Positions 28,857-44,639 of a stretch of DNA of 64,000 nt are shown piece by piece. A model generated the notes under the pieces. The model did not search any database and was not told the origin of the DNA. It was given only the letters and a program-made list of their open reading frames with translations. Made by a program: the position numbers and the translations under genes. The number at the start of each line of letters is the position of its first letter. The stretch's first letter is position 1. This DNA is from Eledone cirrhosa (lineage: Eukaryota): assembly GCA_964016885.1 (NCBI GenBank), contig OZ024747.1:40052001-40116000 (forward strand), in the 5' to 3' direction.

Positions 28857-31328
28857 ACAGTTTCTCTCATCCACTATTATCAAATCCATCAATATGCCTC
28901 GTTGGTTTGGAATAAATATATAAATCAAGGCGTAAAAATAGCGAGAAACAATAGGTTTGAATTAAAATGGCAGGAGTGAGCTGAAATCAGGAGTATAGAG
29001 TGAAGTGGGAAATATTTAGGCCAGAATTTCACAAATAAATATTTTAGTAAGTTTGATTTCAAAAGGTATACTTGGAAATTTAACTTCAGTAATCCTTTTT
29101 GTTTATGTTTTAGTTTTAACAAGTATAGGTGGCAATTATCTATTTTTAGAAATGTTGAACGGAGCTGTATTTTAGAAGCTTCAATATATTTTCTTTCCTT
29201 TTTTTTTTTTTCTTGCTATGAAAAATAGTCAAACAAATTGTGCATAGAATCCCTTGGGTGGAAAAAGGTTGAGAGCATCGCCCGTGGGACAGTTTTGGGA
29301 ACAAGTACAAATGTATATATCCTTTGATCCTTTCATTCTTTAAACCCTTTTGTCTTCTACTGACCTCCTAAAACACCAGTGGCTTCCAATGCCCCTCTTA
29401 CATCGTCCAAAGCCCCCCCCCCCCCCCCCCACCGCCATCCAAAGAGGGTAGTAGCGTTCATTTTGAAGATCGATCATTTAGATGAGGTCTAATACTGGAA
29501 AATTGTAGATGTTCTAATCGATCAAATCAATGGGCAAAGAAGCTCTTGCGGTAATCATTTCGTCATCAATCGCTTTCAGATCATATCTAATCGAACATCC
29601 CTATAGATAAAGAGTCCCTTTCTGTGGACATTATATAAATAGAGATATACATAGACTTGACTGGTATGTCCTTAAGTTCTGAAAACAGTCAGGTGTGATT
29701 TCAGAAATATGGTATTGGCTGCCATTTCTAGAAAGTTATGCGAGGTTCCATAGAAAACGAGCAAGACAGATATGATTGGGAGGGTTTTGTAGGGTTAAAT
29801 TATGCAGACAATTAGAAGAGAAAAAAACAATAGATAAAACACAAGAAAAATGTGGAAGAGAAAATACAGATAGAGACAAAAAGATATGTTGAGGTAGATG
29901 CTGAGATTAAGGGACATAGTTGGGATGAGTTTATAGGTTCTATGTACAAAACAAGCAGAAGCAAATAAATAAATAAACAAATAGATCTCCAAAATATTGG
30001 AACTAGGTAGGAAAGAGATATTGCCAAACATCCGTTGGGATCGAAGTACATTTAAATGCACGCTCATCTAGTGCAGAAAATAAAGCAGGATTTATACATC
30101 TTAGAGAGACAACCAGTACAGAGGCTAAGTGTTATTTGAGCAGGAATAAGATTTTGTGTGTGCGTGTGTGCGTGTGTGCGTGTGCGTGTGCGTGTGCGTG
30201 TGCGTGTGTGTGTGTGTGTGATGAAGTCATAGGTTTGATACATTGGTGCAGGGAGGCATAAAGGTGGAGATTAAGTAGAATTGTAATGCCATATGAAAAG
30301 AAATGAGAGTGTGGACTGGTGAAAGAGATCAAATGGTAGGCGTCATGAAAATGTAAAGAAATAATGTTGGGTCAGAAGAGAGGTGTAGAGGATAGGAGGT
30401 GAAATTACAGAGGGAGGAAAGGGTGAATGAATGAGTAAAATAATTGGTGTGCTAGAGAAAAAAAAACGTATGTGTGTGTATATGTGTGGATGCGTATGTG
30501 TGGCAAATGATGGTAGATGGCGAAAATTTTAGGGATAATAGTTGAAAACAACAATATCTAAGAAAAGGATTTAAACTATAAAGAGGATGTTATTGCATGA
30601 GGGCACCGACTAGTTATTCTACAACAATTACGATTACGACAAGCGTAGAAAATGTTAGGGGAGGGTAGAAGAAAGAAAGGAAAGGTAAAAGAAGGGAGCC
30701 ATAGTTTAAAGAAAGGGAGAAGTCTAGATGACTGGAAAAATTAATAAAGTTGAGTGAGTTTTAGAAATGCAGACCGAAAATGAAAGGATGACATTATGTG
30801 AAAAATGTAATAAAATAAAAGGTAAAAACGCGGGAATGAAAAGAAAAGGAAACAAAAGAAGAAAAAAGTGTGAGATTGGTGCAATGAGTTGGATGAAAGA
30901 AAAAGAGACTGTGTAACCATATATGTTGAAGATGGGATTGGATGAGTTTTATAGCCCATTCATTGTTTCCTGGGAATAGTGACGATTACACGTGAGATAT
31001 ATGATCGTGTGTGTATGTGTGGGAGTCTGTAAAGGTGTTAATTTCCTGCCTAATGTAGGCTCTGCTGTCACTCGTTATTGTCTCCCATGTGTGTCTGCTC
31101 TATTTCAGTCTCTAGTATCCACTGATCCAGAGTATTGTCAATCAGTCAGTGTGACAGTCAGCTTACATACTGAGAAAGTGATGACGGAGAGTTAGACAGA
31201 TAGGAAGCGAAAGGGAAGGGGTGAGAGAGATGGGAGAGGGAGAGGGAAGGAGTGAGGAAGAGATAAAGAGGGGACGCAAATTGAAAAACTGTCAAACAGG
31301 CAGGCGGGACAGGAAAGCAAACTGCTAG

Positions 31329-31369
31329 GCAAAGAGACTGAGTGTGGCTTGATTAAAGAGCAACATATA

Positions 31370-31404
<35 letters not shown>

Positions 31405-31433
31405 CTCTTTAATCAAGCCACACTCAGTTTCTT

Positions 31434-31436
<3 letters not shown>
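31329..31436. repeat. Inverted duplication with 36-bp arms centred on (TA)n
   Basis: 31329-31364 vs 31401-31436, one mismatch. Confidence 0.92.
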
Positions 31437-31492
<56 letters not shown>

Positions 31493-31738
31493 AGCTTTAG
31501 AAACAATTCCATCATTTCCAACACCGTTGTTGTTGTTAACATTATAAGTGATGCTGATACTTGCAGGTTTAACTAATTTATAATCCCCGAACTATAAACC
31601 TATATTTCCATTAGTCTAATTTATGATCTGCAACTGCCTTTTTCCTGAACGTCCATATTTTTATATTTCTTCGACTTGATATAAACATAGAACTAAATCA
31701 TCAGCGATTTATTCATATAAAATTAGTGTCAAATGTAC

Positions 31739-31800
<62 letters not shown>

Positions 31801-31861
31801 ACACGCACATGCACACACATCGACTCACACAAACAAGCACTCACACACACACACAAAGCAT

Positions 31862-32085
31862 AATAATTGGTTCTACTTCAGCACAAGACCAGTAATTAGG
31901 AGAGGGGTAAGTCGATTAAATCGACTCCAGTATGTTGTTACTAGTTGCTTTATTTTATCGATCCTATAAGGATGAAAAGCAAAGCTAACGGTGGCAGGAT
32001 TTGAAGTCAGAGAGTAAAAAGCCGCAACTCTATGCCACAAAGCATATTGTCCGACGCTCTACCGACTCTGCCACCCAACCGCCCT
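31862..32085 (-). mobile_element. Older family 1-related SINE
   Basis: Diverged consensus including the gtcgattaaatcgac segment. Confidence 0.75.
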
Positions 32086-32945
32086 AACACACAAAACAAT
32101 ATTAAAACCAGGATGCGATTAATAATCCATAACATTTAGATAATTAATACGGTTTCTAATTTACTCATTGTCGATGTCATTGTTTGTGACTGATTTACGC
32201 AGTTGTTTTTGCTGGAGTCGGTATTGTGGTTGTGTTTACAATTGCTGTTGTCAATTTAATTGATGTTGCTGTGAGTGTTGTTGTTATTGATCTAGCTTTT
32301 AATGCAGTTATTGCCTGAGTTATTGTTTTAGTTATCTCACTTTTTGTAGTTATAACATTGTTTGTTATTACGGTTGCTTGTTACTGCGGTTATTGTTTAT
32401 ATTGTTTGTTGTTGCAATCGTTGTTGCAGTTATTTCCTCTCTTTTGTGGATAATGATAGAATCGGTGGTGAAGGTAGCGGGTTGTTACAACATGTAGATA
32501 TTGTTTTCTGTTACTGGGGCTTCACATTAGAATATTCAAACAAAACGAACGGAAACAGAATGTAAGATAATAATATAACGGGTGGGCCCCATCGCGTACC
32601 AATACATTAGTTAAATACCATTCTTTCATCTGATACAACACAATAAAGACTAAAGTGTTTTAAAAAAATAAAATTAAAAAAAATTGATGTTGAAGTCAAT
32701 AAAAAAAAAAATTGTATCCCCTACATAAGGGGGCTAGGGAGATGTTAAAGAAACTGAAAGTACAATTTTACGAAAAGCTGTGTTAGGAGCAAAAGTGAAA
32801 AGATGTTCGTATAAACGTCTACACTACTCTTTCACTTGTATTCTCCGTTAGGAAATTAGGTAAACTTCCCTGTTCCCTTTATCTACTTTCCTTTCATCCC
32901 ATCCACATTTTGCTGTTCTCGTTCTCTTTCCATATAGCTATATAA

Positions 32946-33027
32946 AGATCTATATGTCATGGACGATATTGAATGTGTGATCGTGACTCTGTTTGTATGT
33001 GTGTGTGAGAATATGTATACGTATATG

Positions 33028-33101
<74 letters not shown>

Positions 33102-33260
33102 AATACGTATACATTCACACACACACACACATATATATACATATACGTATACATTCACACACACACATATATATATATATATACATATACGTATATATTC
33201 ACACACACACATACAAACAGAGTCACGATCACACATTCAATATCGTCCATGACATATAGA

Positions 33261-33263
<3 letters not shown>
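32946..33263. repeat. Inverted duplication centred on (TA)n
   Basis: About 60 bp of unique sequence (agatctatatgtcatggacg...gtttgtatg) recurs as an exact reverse complement. Confidence 0.92.
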
Positions 33264-33314
<51 letters not shown>

Positions 33315-34449
33315 TGTGTGTGTGCCTACCTGGAAAGACATATTTACGTCATCATGATGATTATGTTGGGACTTACCAAAATAATACAGTATGATTGTTG
33401 GGCTCACCCAAGGTTAACATCTTAAGTAGTTGGATCATTGAAATGCATTTAATGTATACCTGGCTCTTATTTTATAGATCCCAAAAATCATAGAGTACGG
33501 ATTAATTTCTTACGGAATTAGGACCTAAAACATCATAGATACTGGAATAAATTAAAGAATGGTACTAATTTGTTCAAACGCTTTGCTAAATTACATCTGA
33601 TAATATGGTATTTATTCACACAAAAATATAAAGTGCACAGCGGATAAAAAAGTTTAACGCAACACCTTTTGTTTGGTGATTGTAAGTGTGTATATATATC
33701 TTAACTATAATAAAGGTCTGCGGGATTGCGTCCAAAATATATTTTTTTACCATGTTTGTAAAATAAGTTGAATTACTTTGAATAAATAATGAATGAATAT
33801 TACATGATTTATGTGCTAAATTTCGTGGCTGTTGATTAAATATATTTTATAGCTTATTTAAAGATCTTTAAAATTCACTTCTTTAAAATTATCAAATGTC
33901 AACACTTCCGGTTAGTGGCCGTTATATTATAACACTTATAATCGCATATATTTCCGTCGCTAATTTTCTCCTAATGCAGTTTATATATAATGTCGTCTTT
34001 TTTTTAATATATCATGGATTACTGATTACAGAAGACATAGGCTTTGTTCAATTTCTGTGTATATTGTCAATTACGATTTGATTTGATGTATCATATCTAC
34101 ATGCATATATATATTTGTGTATAATATCAATATACACACTACACATGCTAGCAGAAAACCATCCGTCCGGTGGTTTTTCGTCGCACATTCTGTAACCTCT
34201 TCAGTTACTGGGGATTCTTTTCTTTATTTTGTGCCTCTCCTTTGTTGTGTCCTTCGCCATCTTGTTTTTGTGTGTTGTGTGCTTAGTTTGCGCATTTGTT
34301 ACATCCAGGTGTCTGTGTGTGTTTTTATTTGTTTATTTATTTGTTTATTTACATGTTACTGGTTAGTTGTTTGTTCTATGTGTGTGTGTTTTCATTTTGT
34401 CCTTAATTACAAGTTGTGATGTTGCTATTCCATTCATGTTTTCTATATT

Positions 34450-34788
34450 AACTGTAAAACTAGAAACATAGTATATAGCATAAGATGTACTGAGGGACAA
34501 TGTAAAAATAAGAATATAATTTACAGAGGTGAGACAGCTCGTAGCATAGGAGAACGCTTAAATGAACACTGGCGAGAACTCCAAGATAGAAAAGACTCAT
34601 CAATACTCCACCAACATGCTAAAATAGAACATAAGGGCAAATTAGAGCACATAGAGATAAAAATAAAATCTACACACAGAAAAGACGCAATGTTTAGACA
34701 AATAACAGAGGCAATAAACATAAATGAACTCCAACCAAAATTAAATAGAAAACATGAATGGAATAGCAACATCACAACTTACAATTAA
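34450..34788 (+). pseudogene. Penelope-type GIY-YIG endonuclease domain, open but lacking a start (112 codons)
   Basis: NCKTRNIVYSIRCTEGQCKNKNIIYRGETARSIGERLNEH...SILHQHAKIEH...RQITEAININELQPKLNRKHEW; not in the ORF track because there is no early start codon. Confidence 0.9.
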
Positions 34789-34936
34789 GGACAAAATGAA
34801 AACACACACACACACATAGAAAAAACAACTAACCAGTAACATGAAAATAAACAAATAAAGCACACAACACACACACAAACAAGATGGCGTAGGACAGAAC
34901 AAAGGAGATGCACAAAATAAAGAAAATAATCCCCAA

Positions 34937-34978
34937 TCACTGAAGAGGTCACAGAATGTGCGATGAAAGAACTTTGAC
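34937..34978 (+). ncRNA. Minimal hammerhead ribozyme in the PLE pLTR
   Basis: tca-CTGAAGA-ggtcaca gaa tgtgcgat-GAAA-gaac-TT-tga; mirrored core on the minus strand at 34176-34204. Confidence 0.6.
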
Positions 34979-35163
34979 AATATATGAACAACCATCGGGT
35001 TATAGAACCAGCCAACCAACCAACCGGAAATTTGTAATACATTGAAGTGAAAACAACTGGTGCGTGTGTTTCTTATTGGCAATATGACCCTCCCAAAGTA
35101 TAACAATATCGGTTTCAACACACGTTTTCAGATAAGGAATCTTGCTAAACAAATTCAGAAACG

Positions 35164-35200
<37 letters not shown>

Positions 35201-36177
35201 CTTCTCGCAGAATGAAACTTGTAAAGACCGCGATCATTGAGCGATAACAATAGTCAACAGTAAGAACATTTTGAATCTCATCTGCTAAATACTTTAATAG
35301 CCGTGAAAATAGATGAGAAAGAGTGCATTTTTATGAGACACCAAGGCAGAGTAAGTGGGTTGGTCGGTTTGATGACTTGTTAGGTGGAGGTAATGTGTGT
35401 TTACAATGAGATGGAAAACAAAGATTCACAATTGAAGCTGTAAGAGAAAGAGATATAATTTAGAAAGAAAAAAACAAACTAAATATAATAAATGATTAAA
35501 TAAACACTAGAAAAGCAATAACAAAACAACACAAATTAATGATGAAATGAATAAAGAAGGAAACGATAGAAAGATAGAGATAGAGAGATAGTGAGAGTTA
35601 CACAAAGGAAAATATAGAGTAAGAGACTGAGCGACTGAATGAGTTACAATTTGTGAGAACTGGGGTTAATTTGACTCCATTTTTTAAATTTTATTTTAAG
35701 GAAATGACGCATTGGTGACAACATAAAACCTATCTATCCAAGCTTGATATTCCCTCCCCCATCGTTTAGTTTAATTTCCCTTCGTCTAAATAAAAGGTAC
35801 AAAAGAAGACTGAATATTTATTTTGTATTTATTTTATTTTTCAAACCTGAAAACATATAGACAATTAAAAGACAAAGGTAACGTAAAAAAAAAGCAGAGA
35901 TTAGAAGAGCGATGAGATGAGTTGATAGAAAATAAAGAAAGGAAGTTGGAAAGAGAAAGAAAATAGCAATATCATTCAAATTTAAAAAGACATATACATA
36001 AAAAGACATAGAGCTAAATGAAGATTCGAGAACGTGTTGTCATAAATGCTTTCGCAACTGTGCCGAAAGGTTGTCATTTGGTGTGAGAGTTTGTCTTTTG
36101 CTGGAGACTTGGGGGTACCACAACAGGAAGGTTTGTCTCTCTAAATTTCTTCCCTCTATATTTTTCATATATATTTT

Positions 36178-36902
<725 letters not shown>

Positions 36903-37114
36903 TCATGTGTTGCTCATTACTGATGCGGTCTATACTTGTTCCTTTCATCTTGTTTATAAATATGCATGTGTATATGCTTGATAGGAAGTATATATATATA
37001 TATATAATTCCTGATATTTCGGTGAATTGCTGATGAACATCAAAAGTTTTTCTTCCTGCACCATATCAACAGCGTAAATTCTTCACCCTTGTAATTATCA
37101 TTATTAGTATTACC

Positions 37115-37512
37115 AGTATAGGGAGAGAGTCGGACGCCATGCTTTGACGCATAGAGTTACGGCCCTTGCCATTCTGAGTTCAAATCCCGCCGAGGTTAAC
37201 TTTGCCTTTCATCCTAACGGGGGTCGCTAAAATAAAGTACCAGTAATACACTGGGATAATTGCTGGCCTTGTGCCTATTGTAGAAACAATTATTAGTATT
37301 ACCTTGAGGGCGGCGGATTGTAAGTATAGGTGGATCTTCGGAAAACATGCTTTGCGGCATATGGTTACGTCCCTTTACGTTCTGAGTTCACTGCCGTCGA
37401 GGTTGGCATTGCCTTTCATCCAGTAATGTAATGGGGTCGATTTAATCGACTTCTTCCCCCCCCCCCCAAAAAAAAAATACTGCTGACCTAGTGTCTAAAT
37501 CAGAAACCGTTA
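37115..37512 (+). mobile_element. Two adjacent SINEs (young 37115-37294, older 37307-37512)
   Basis: Target attattagtattacc at 37100 and 37289, with a variant at 37510. Confidence 0.85.
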
Positions 37513-39117
37513 TTACTATTACCATATATGGTTGTTGGATTGGTAGAATTGTTGTTTATAATACAAAATGCTTTGCTAAATTTCAACCAGTTATTTCGTT
37601 TTTTATTTCAAATCCAACTGGGATCAAATTTGTCTTTCATTTTTCAGGGGTCAAGAAAATAAATGATTAATTAAGTACTGGGATCGAAATATGCAACTTT
37701 CACTTTCCCCCAATTGTTGGTTTTATTAGAAAGAATTATTAGTTTTTCTTTCATCCATTTGGGGTCAATAAATGGAGTTGGAATGATGGAATAGTTAGAA
37801 CGTCTGACGTGATGGATTGTGCTTTCTCTTTCGACCCTTTGCCTCCTGTAATATGACTGGTGCCAAGATGTATCAGATTTAGCTTTTCCTATGGACAGGA
37901 ATGGCGAGGAATGGGGAGACGTTCATATACGCGAGACAGCTAATCTTAAAGAAACGCCTTGCCCAGGCTTGTACCTTAGATAGGAGCTTTCCAAGTGTAA
38001 ACTATGATTAACCATGACAAAAGCGGGCCATCTGTTTCACTTTCTAATAAAATTGATTTTTCGTGATAAAACATATCCAAACACAATATCCTGTTCACAA
38101 TGAAAAATCAACTTTTGCCATTATCAACATGCCTTGTAGAGTATGACTTCTCTCAGTTGGTTTAGCTTCCGCCTTTTGATTCCATTTTCTATTTCAATAA
38201 CTGTCTAAGTATTGAATTTCCAAAGAAAGCAACGGAAGAAATTATTATAATCTCCATAATTATTTTTTATCATATAAAATTATTTTTGATGAGTTTCTTT
38301 TTAATATTGCTGTTCTTTGTAATGAATATACCATGTTAGATTATCGCCGAAAATGATACCACTTAAACCTACACCGATAATTATGAATAACCCCTTTCCT
38401 TACTGCCGATAGAATTTCTTTTTTTTTTTCTAGTTTTTTCTTAAATCTCAAATACATACTTTCTTTGATATTATACAGAATCCAGCTGAGATCGATTAAA
38501 CAATGTGTCTAAAATATTGAATCCATGTCACAGATGTCTTCGTCAGATCATATAAGCTTCATTATAATTATATTCATTTCCAAAGTCTATGGAGAGACCC
38601 TTAGGCAGTCAAAAACAAACACGTATAATCACACAAACGCACGCTCTCAAGAAGATATAAATATGTCTACACTACTTGCTGTTTATACTGTAATACATCT
38701 GTAAGAAAATCGATATCTCCATAATTCCGTCAATAAAAAACAACTGCTTTGCTAAGCTTTACTTATCATTAATTTAAGTATTTATTGTAGCGCAACGTAA
38801 GCGAAGTATATATGCAGCTGTAGGTCAGCACATCGGCGTTTAACATTAGGCGTCTAAAGAACGAATAAAGGTCAGAAACATACACATACGTACACACACA
38901 GAAACGCACACGCACACACAAATATCTCCGCAGGCACAATCACATACGTACACATTAGTCTTAGAAATCCGACCAAATCGACAACGACCACGCAGACGAC
39001 CTCATAAAAGATGGATAGATCGATCGACCAGAATGAGGTATTAAGCCGGTCAACATCACCTTCGACAGGGATAAGTTGCAAGAGGCAAGGGAGATGCTTT
39101 GATGGTGATACATATAC

Positions 39118-39241
<124 letters not shown>

Positions 39242-39360
39242 CGAAGGAAATGTGGTAAGGAACCAGGTGGACCATAACGCACCAAAGTATTCAATACTTA
39301 GGGTAGTAGAGTGGGTAATACGTGTTCCTATATATATATATATACAGGTATATGTATCAT

Positions 39361-39735
<375 letters not shown>

Positions 39736-39749
39736 GATTATATATATAC

Positions 39750-39838
<89 letters not shown>

Positions 39839-39933
39839 CCCAGGGAGTGTAACGCGGAGTTACTGTAGGTTTATTATATATATATCTAATTAAGGTGTTA
39901 TTAGCTTTAACATATAAGTGTGTACATATAAGT

Positions 39934-39968
<35 letters not shown>

Positions 39969-40047
39969 CCAATTATGTTGGATGGTATAAACAATGGGTA
40001 AACCTGGTCATTCCGATTAGCAGGCGATGATCCAATATATATATATA

Positions 40048-40644
<597 letters not shown>

Positions 40645-40705
40645 TGTATACGCCGATGTGGTGACCATTTTACACCACCAATAATTCACCTTACTATATA
40701 ACAAC

Positions 40706-40816
<111 letters not shown>

Positions 40817-41042
40817 GATACAGCAAATAGCACACCATCCTTTCGAGAGAGTTTATTATCTCCCGTCTTGCTTTGATAGTGTGAAGTTCGTGTGGTTGTG
40901 ATTGATAATGGACGCCTGACTGACCAACCCACACCCATGCATCCACACCATCACACACACATGCATATATATACACTCACAAAAAGAACACACAATTATA
41001 AACACATATATACCCACACATCGACAGTCCCACACTCATACA

Positions 41043-41127
<85 letters not shown>

Positions 41128-41261
41128 TCTCAAAAGAACATAAAGGCATAATTACATATATACACACACGTAGACTCATGCACTCACACACACGTGAACA
41201 TACAAACACCCTAGATTTAATCAAAAATATATTGATAATAAATATTATGAAGGTTGTGTAA

Positions 41262-41628
41262 ACATGTAGCTACACAGCTAGATTTAGCTACACAGCTACA
41301 TGTAGCTACCCACCTACATGTAGCTACACAGATACGTGTAACTACATAGCTACATGTAGCTACACAGCTACATTTAGCTACACAGCTAGATGTAGCTACC
41401 CAGCTACATGTAGCTACACAGCTACATGTTAGACACAGTTACATGTAGCTACCCAGCTACATGTTAGACACAGTTACATGTAGCTACACAGTTACATGTA
41501 GCTACACAGCTACATTTAGCTACACAGCTACATTTAGCTACACAGCTACATGCAGCTACATGTAGCTACACAGTTACATGTAGCTACACAGTTACATGTA
41601 GCTACACACCTACATGTAGCTACACAGA
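41262..41628. repeat. 18-bp minisatellite with a palindromic unit (gctacatgtagctacaca)n
   Basis: About 20 degenerate units; consensus contains the 14-bp palindrome agctacatgtagct. Confidence 0.9.
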
Positions 41629-42164
41629 AAGTAGGATTAAAGTAGGATTAACAGTGTGGGCAGGGATGAAGATAATGAGATAGACATAATCGGAACCTAA
41701 GTGAAGAAAGGTTAAAAGTGTCGATATATTGATGATTAAGAAATGTCTTTAAGTGCAAAATTAATGTGGTCGGGTTGGGGGACATGTGGCGAAAGTAAAA
41801 CAGAATAAAAAATGAGAGGTAGATGTAACTTCCGACCCCACCTATGGTGTACAGTCTGTCTCCTCCCCTTCCTCCACACTTCCTCCCTTTCCTAATAGTC
41901 CTTGCCCTTTCCCTATAGTCCTTGACCTTTTCCTCATTTTCTTCTCATGGCATTTATAGTCCTTTCCTTTACTATCCTAGACATCCAGGTCTGTCATCCA
42001 TTACTCCTTCCCCCTTTTTCATTCCTTGATAATAATTAGCATGAGGATCAAGGATAAGATAGATTTAAAGAGATAGAGGCAACAATGAAGAATGAATGGA
42101 ATATCCACACACACACATACAGGTACGTAAGCAGACACATACACACACATTCGTGTGAGTATGT

Positions 42165-42256
<92 letters not shown>

Positions 42257-42293
42257 CTAATTTATTTCAGTTGGAAATGGGATCTACAGTACG

Positions 42294-42483
42294 AGGGCGG
42301 GGTGAATTGGCAGTATCGGTAGACGGTCGGACGCCATGTTTCAGCATAGTTACGTCCCTTTGCGGTCTGAGTTCAAATCCCGTCTTGGTTAACTTTGCCT
42401 TTCATCCTTACGAGGTCGATAAAATAAAGTAGCAGTAATGTACTGGGTAATTGCTGGCCTTGTACCAAAAGTATAAACAACTA
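42294..42483 (+). mobile_element. Full-length SINE (family 1)
   Basis: Consensus match. Confidence 0.9.
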
Positions 42484-42987
42484 TTTCAGTCGTTCCAAAT
42501 GATCTCCAACTGAATGAAACAGGTCTAGTCAAGTAGATATAATTTTCACCTGAGAGATCAAGCCCAATATAGTATGTTCTGTTTACGTGTTAAGAAACAA
42601 AAATATTTAACATTCGCGGTCTTTAGCTAGTATATAACGTTTTGTAGATTCAAGACTCGGTATTTTACGACATCACTTTCTCATCAAAATGATGCAAATT
42701 TTGCTTTCTAGTTCCGATTCTCAGCTGATATAAATTTTAAGTTATATAATTGGTCATAGATGTATATAATATATTCAGGGGTTACTTCAATTCATATTTA
42801 ATATATATTTAATATATAATAAGACGAAATGTATACAATAAGATTATTCATTTTTATTCTTTTATATCCTATTTAGTGCTGTGTACAGAACATTATGTTG
42901 TGTTGAGAAATGATAACAAGGAATTATATATGAAATTACATTATGAGAACTTAACGTATCTTTATTGCTCAAACAGCTGTTTTTCCC

Positions 42988-43020
<33 letters not shown>

Positions 43021-43026
<6 letters not shown>

Positions 43027-43210
43027 GTTTCTACTTTTGGCACAAGGCCAGCAATTATCAATTCATTACTGGTACTTTATTTTATCGACCCGGTAAGGAT
43101 GAAAGGCAAAGTTAACCTCGACGGGATTTGAACTCAGACCGTAAAGGGACGTAACTATGCTGGAAAGCATGGCGTCCGATCCTCTACTGATACTGCCAAT
43201 TCACCGCCCT
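43021..43210 (-). mobile_element. Full-length SINE (family 1) inserted in the (TA)n centre of an inverted duplication (42942-42990 / 43221-43269)
   Basis: Consensus match; flanking arms 43/49 identical. Confidence 0.88.
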
Positions 43211-43296
43211 ATATATATATAATGGAAAAAACAACTGTTTGAACAATGAAAATACGTTAAATTCTCATATCTAGCTGCCGGGGTCCTGACTCTTCG

Positions 43297-43335
<39 letters not shown>

Positions 43336-43359
43336 ATATGTATGCATGTATAATACGTA

Positions 43360-43526
43360 GGTTACTGAATAGTGTCGGGGAGAGTAACCACAGAAAAAAG
43401 GTGCTCAGTACGTTGGTAGAGTATAAGCATCTATATTATATATAGAGATCACTTCTAAATGACTGGAAGTGTGGTATTCCTGATGATTACATACGAATCA
43501 AACAAGTCTAGTCCTGTAGAAGTCAT
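43360..43526. mobile_element. Diverged family E fold-back element
   Basis: 43370-43465 is the reverse complement of the 50110-50200 tail; the plus arm starts attcCTGATGA, as at 50083. Confidence 0.6.
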
Positions 43527-43531
43527 GTACG

Positions 43532-43565
<34 letters not shown>

Positions 43566-44511
43566 CGTGTGTGTGTGTGTGTATGCATTTACATATACGG
43601 ATTTTTACACTAGGAGAAAAATTTGGTTGCACATCATTTTTATCGTACTAATTTATTCAGCTGGTATATACATATATACATGTTTGTTTGTGCGTATACA
43701 TGTGTGTGTGCATGTATGTGAACGATCGCATGTGTGTGTTAACCTTATAAATTTGTATGAATCAAAAGTTCTAATGGAAGTTCAAACACTTAGTTATAAA
43801 TCCATTGATTTATTTAGCTGGTTAAGTCAACCTATGATCACAGCCATATCAACGAGGATAGTTCTGTCCTATTTTATTTATAATCAGACGTAGTGGAATC
43901 TAGAATATATTACCTAACGTCTCCTTCATTTTATACAACTGAATAATGTTAGAAAAACATTTAGCCTTTAATATTAGCAGGTCGAGCGACAAAAAAATGC
44001 TCAGTGTTTCGCTCTAAGCCAACATTTTTTTATAGATCGAATGAGATAGAGACCCAATTTATTTAATTAGTTATTCATTCATTAACACACTCACCCAAAC
44101 ACTCACGCACACACACAAACATATATATATATATATAATACATATGTGTGTGTATACATATAGTATATAGTCATGTTGTCAAACGTTTTTCATATTTTAT
44201 TTAACGAACCAACATTGGGATGTAAATAGGAATATATATATATGGGTACAAAGTTTATATTAGTAATAATAATAATTAGTAGTAATAATAATAAATTTGA
44301 AGACTAAAGTCCAAAGAGGGCTCGATAAGGAAAAATATATATCAAATATATAAGAATCCTAGAGCAAATATTTATTTTAATATATATATATATATATATA
44401 TATAAACTTTCTTGTAGAGTGCGTTTAATCTATTGTAAAACTATATTCATTGAGTAATCAATGAAGCATATTAATCTTTGGTTATATATTTATATAGATA
44501 TATATATAGAG

Positions 44512-44566
<55 letters not shown>

Positions 44567-44581
44567 TACACACTCACACAA

Positions 44582-44639
<58 letters not shown>

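Larger units (their letters stand above)
34175..35040 (+). mobile_element. 5'-truncated Penelope-like retroelement: inverted pLTR, GIY-YIG endonuclease, pLTR with hammerhead
   Basis: 34175-34450 is the reverse complement of about 34741-34968; EN frame in the middle; CTGAAGA at 34940 followed by GAAA. Confidence 0.9.

Noticed and set aside
42942-43269. All six arm mismatches are transitions (possible ADAR imprint)
   Set aside because: Too few sites; ordinary transition bias explains it.
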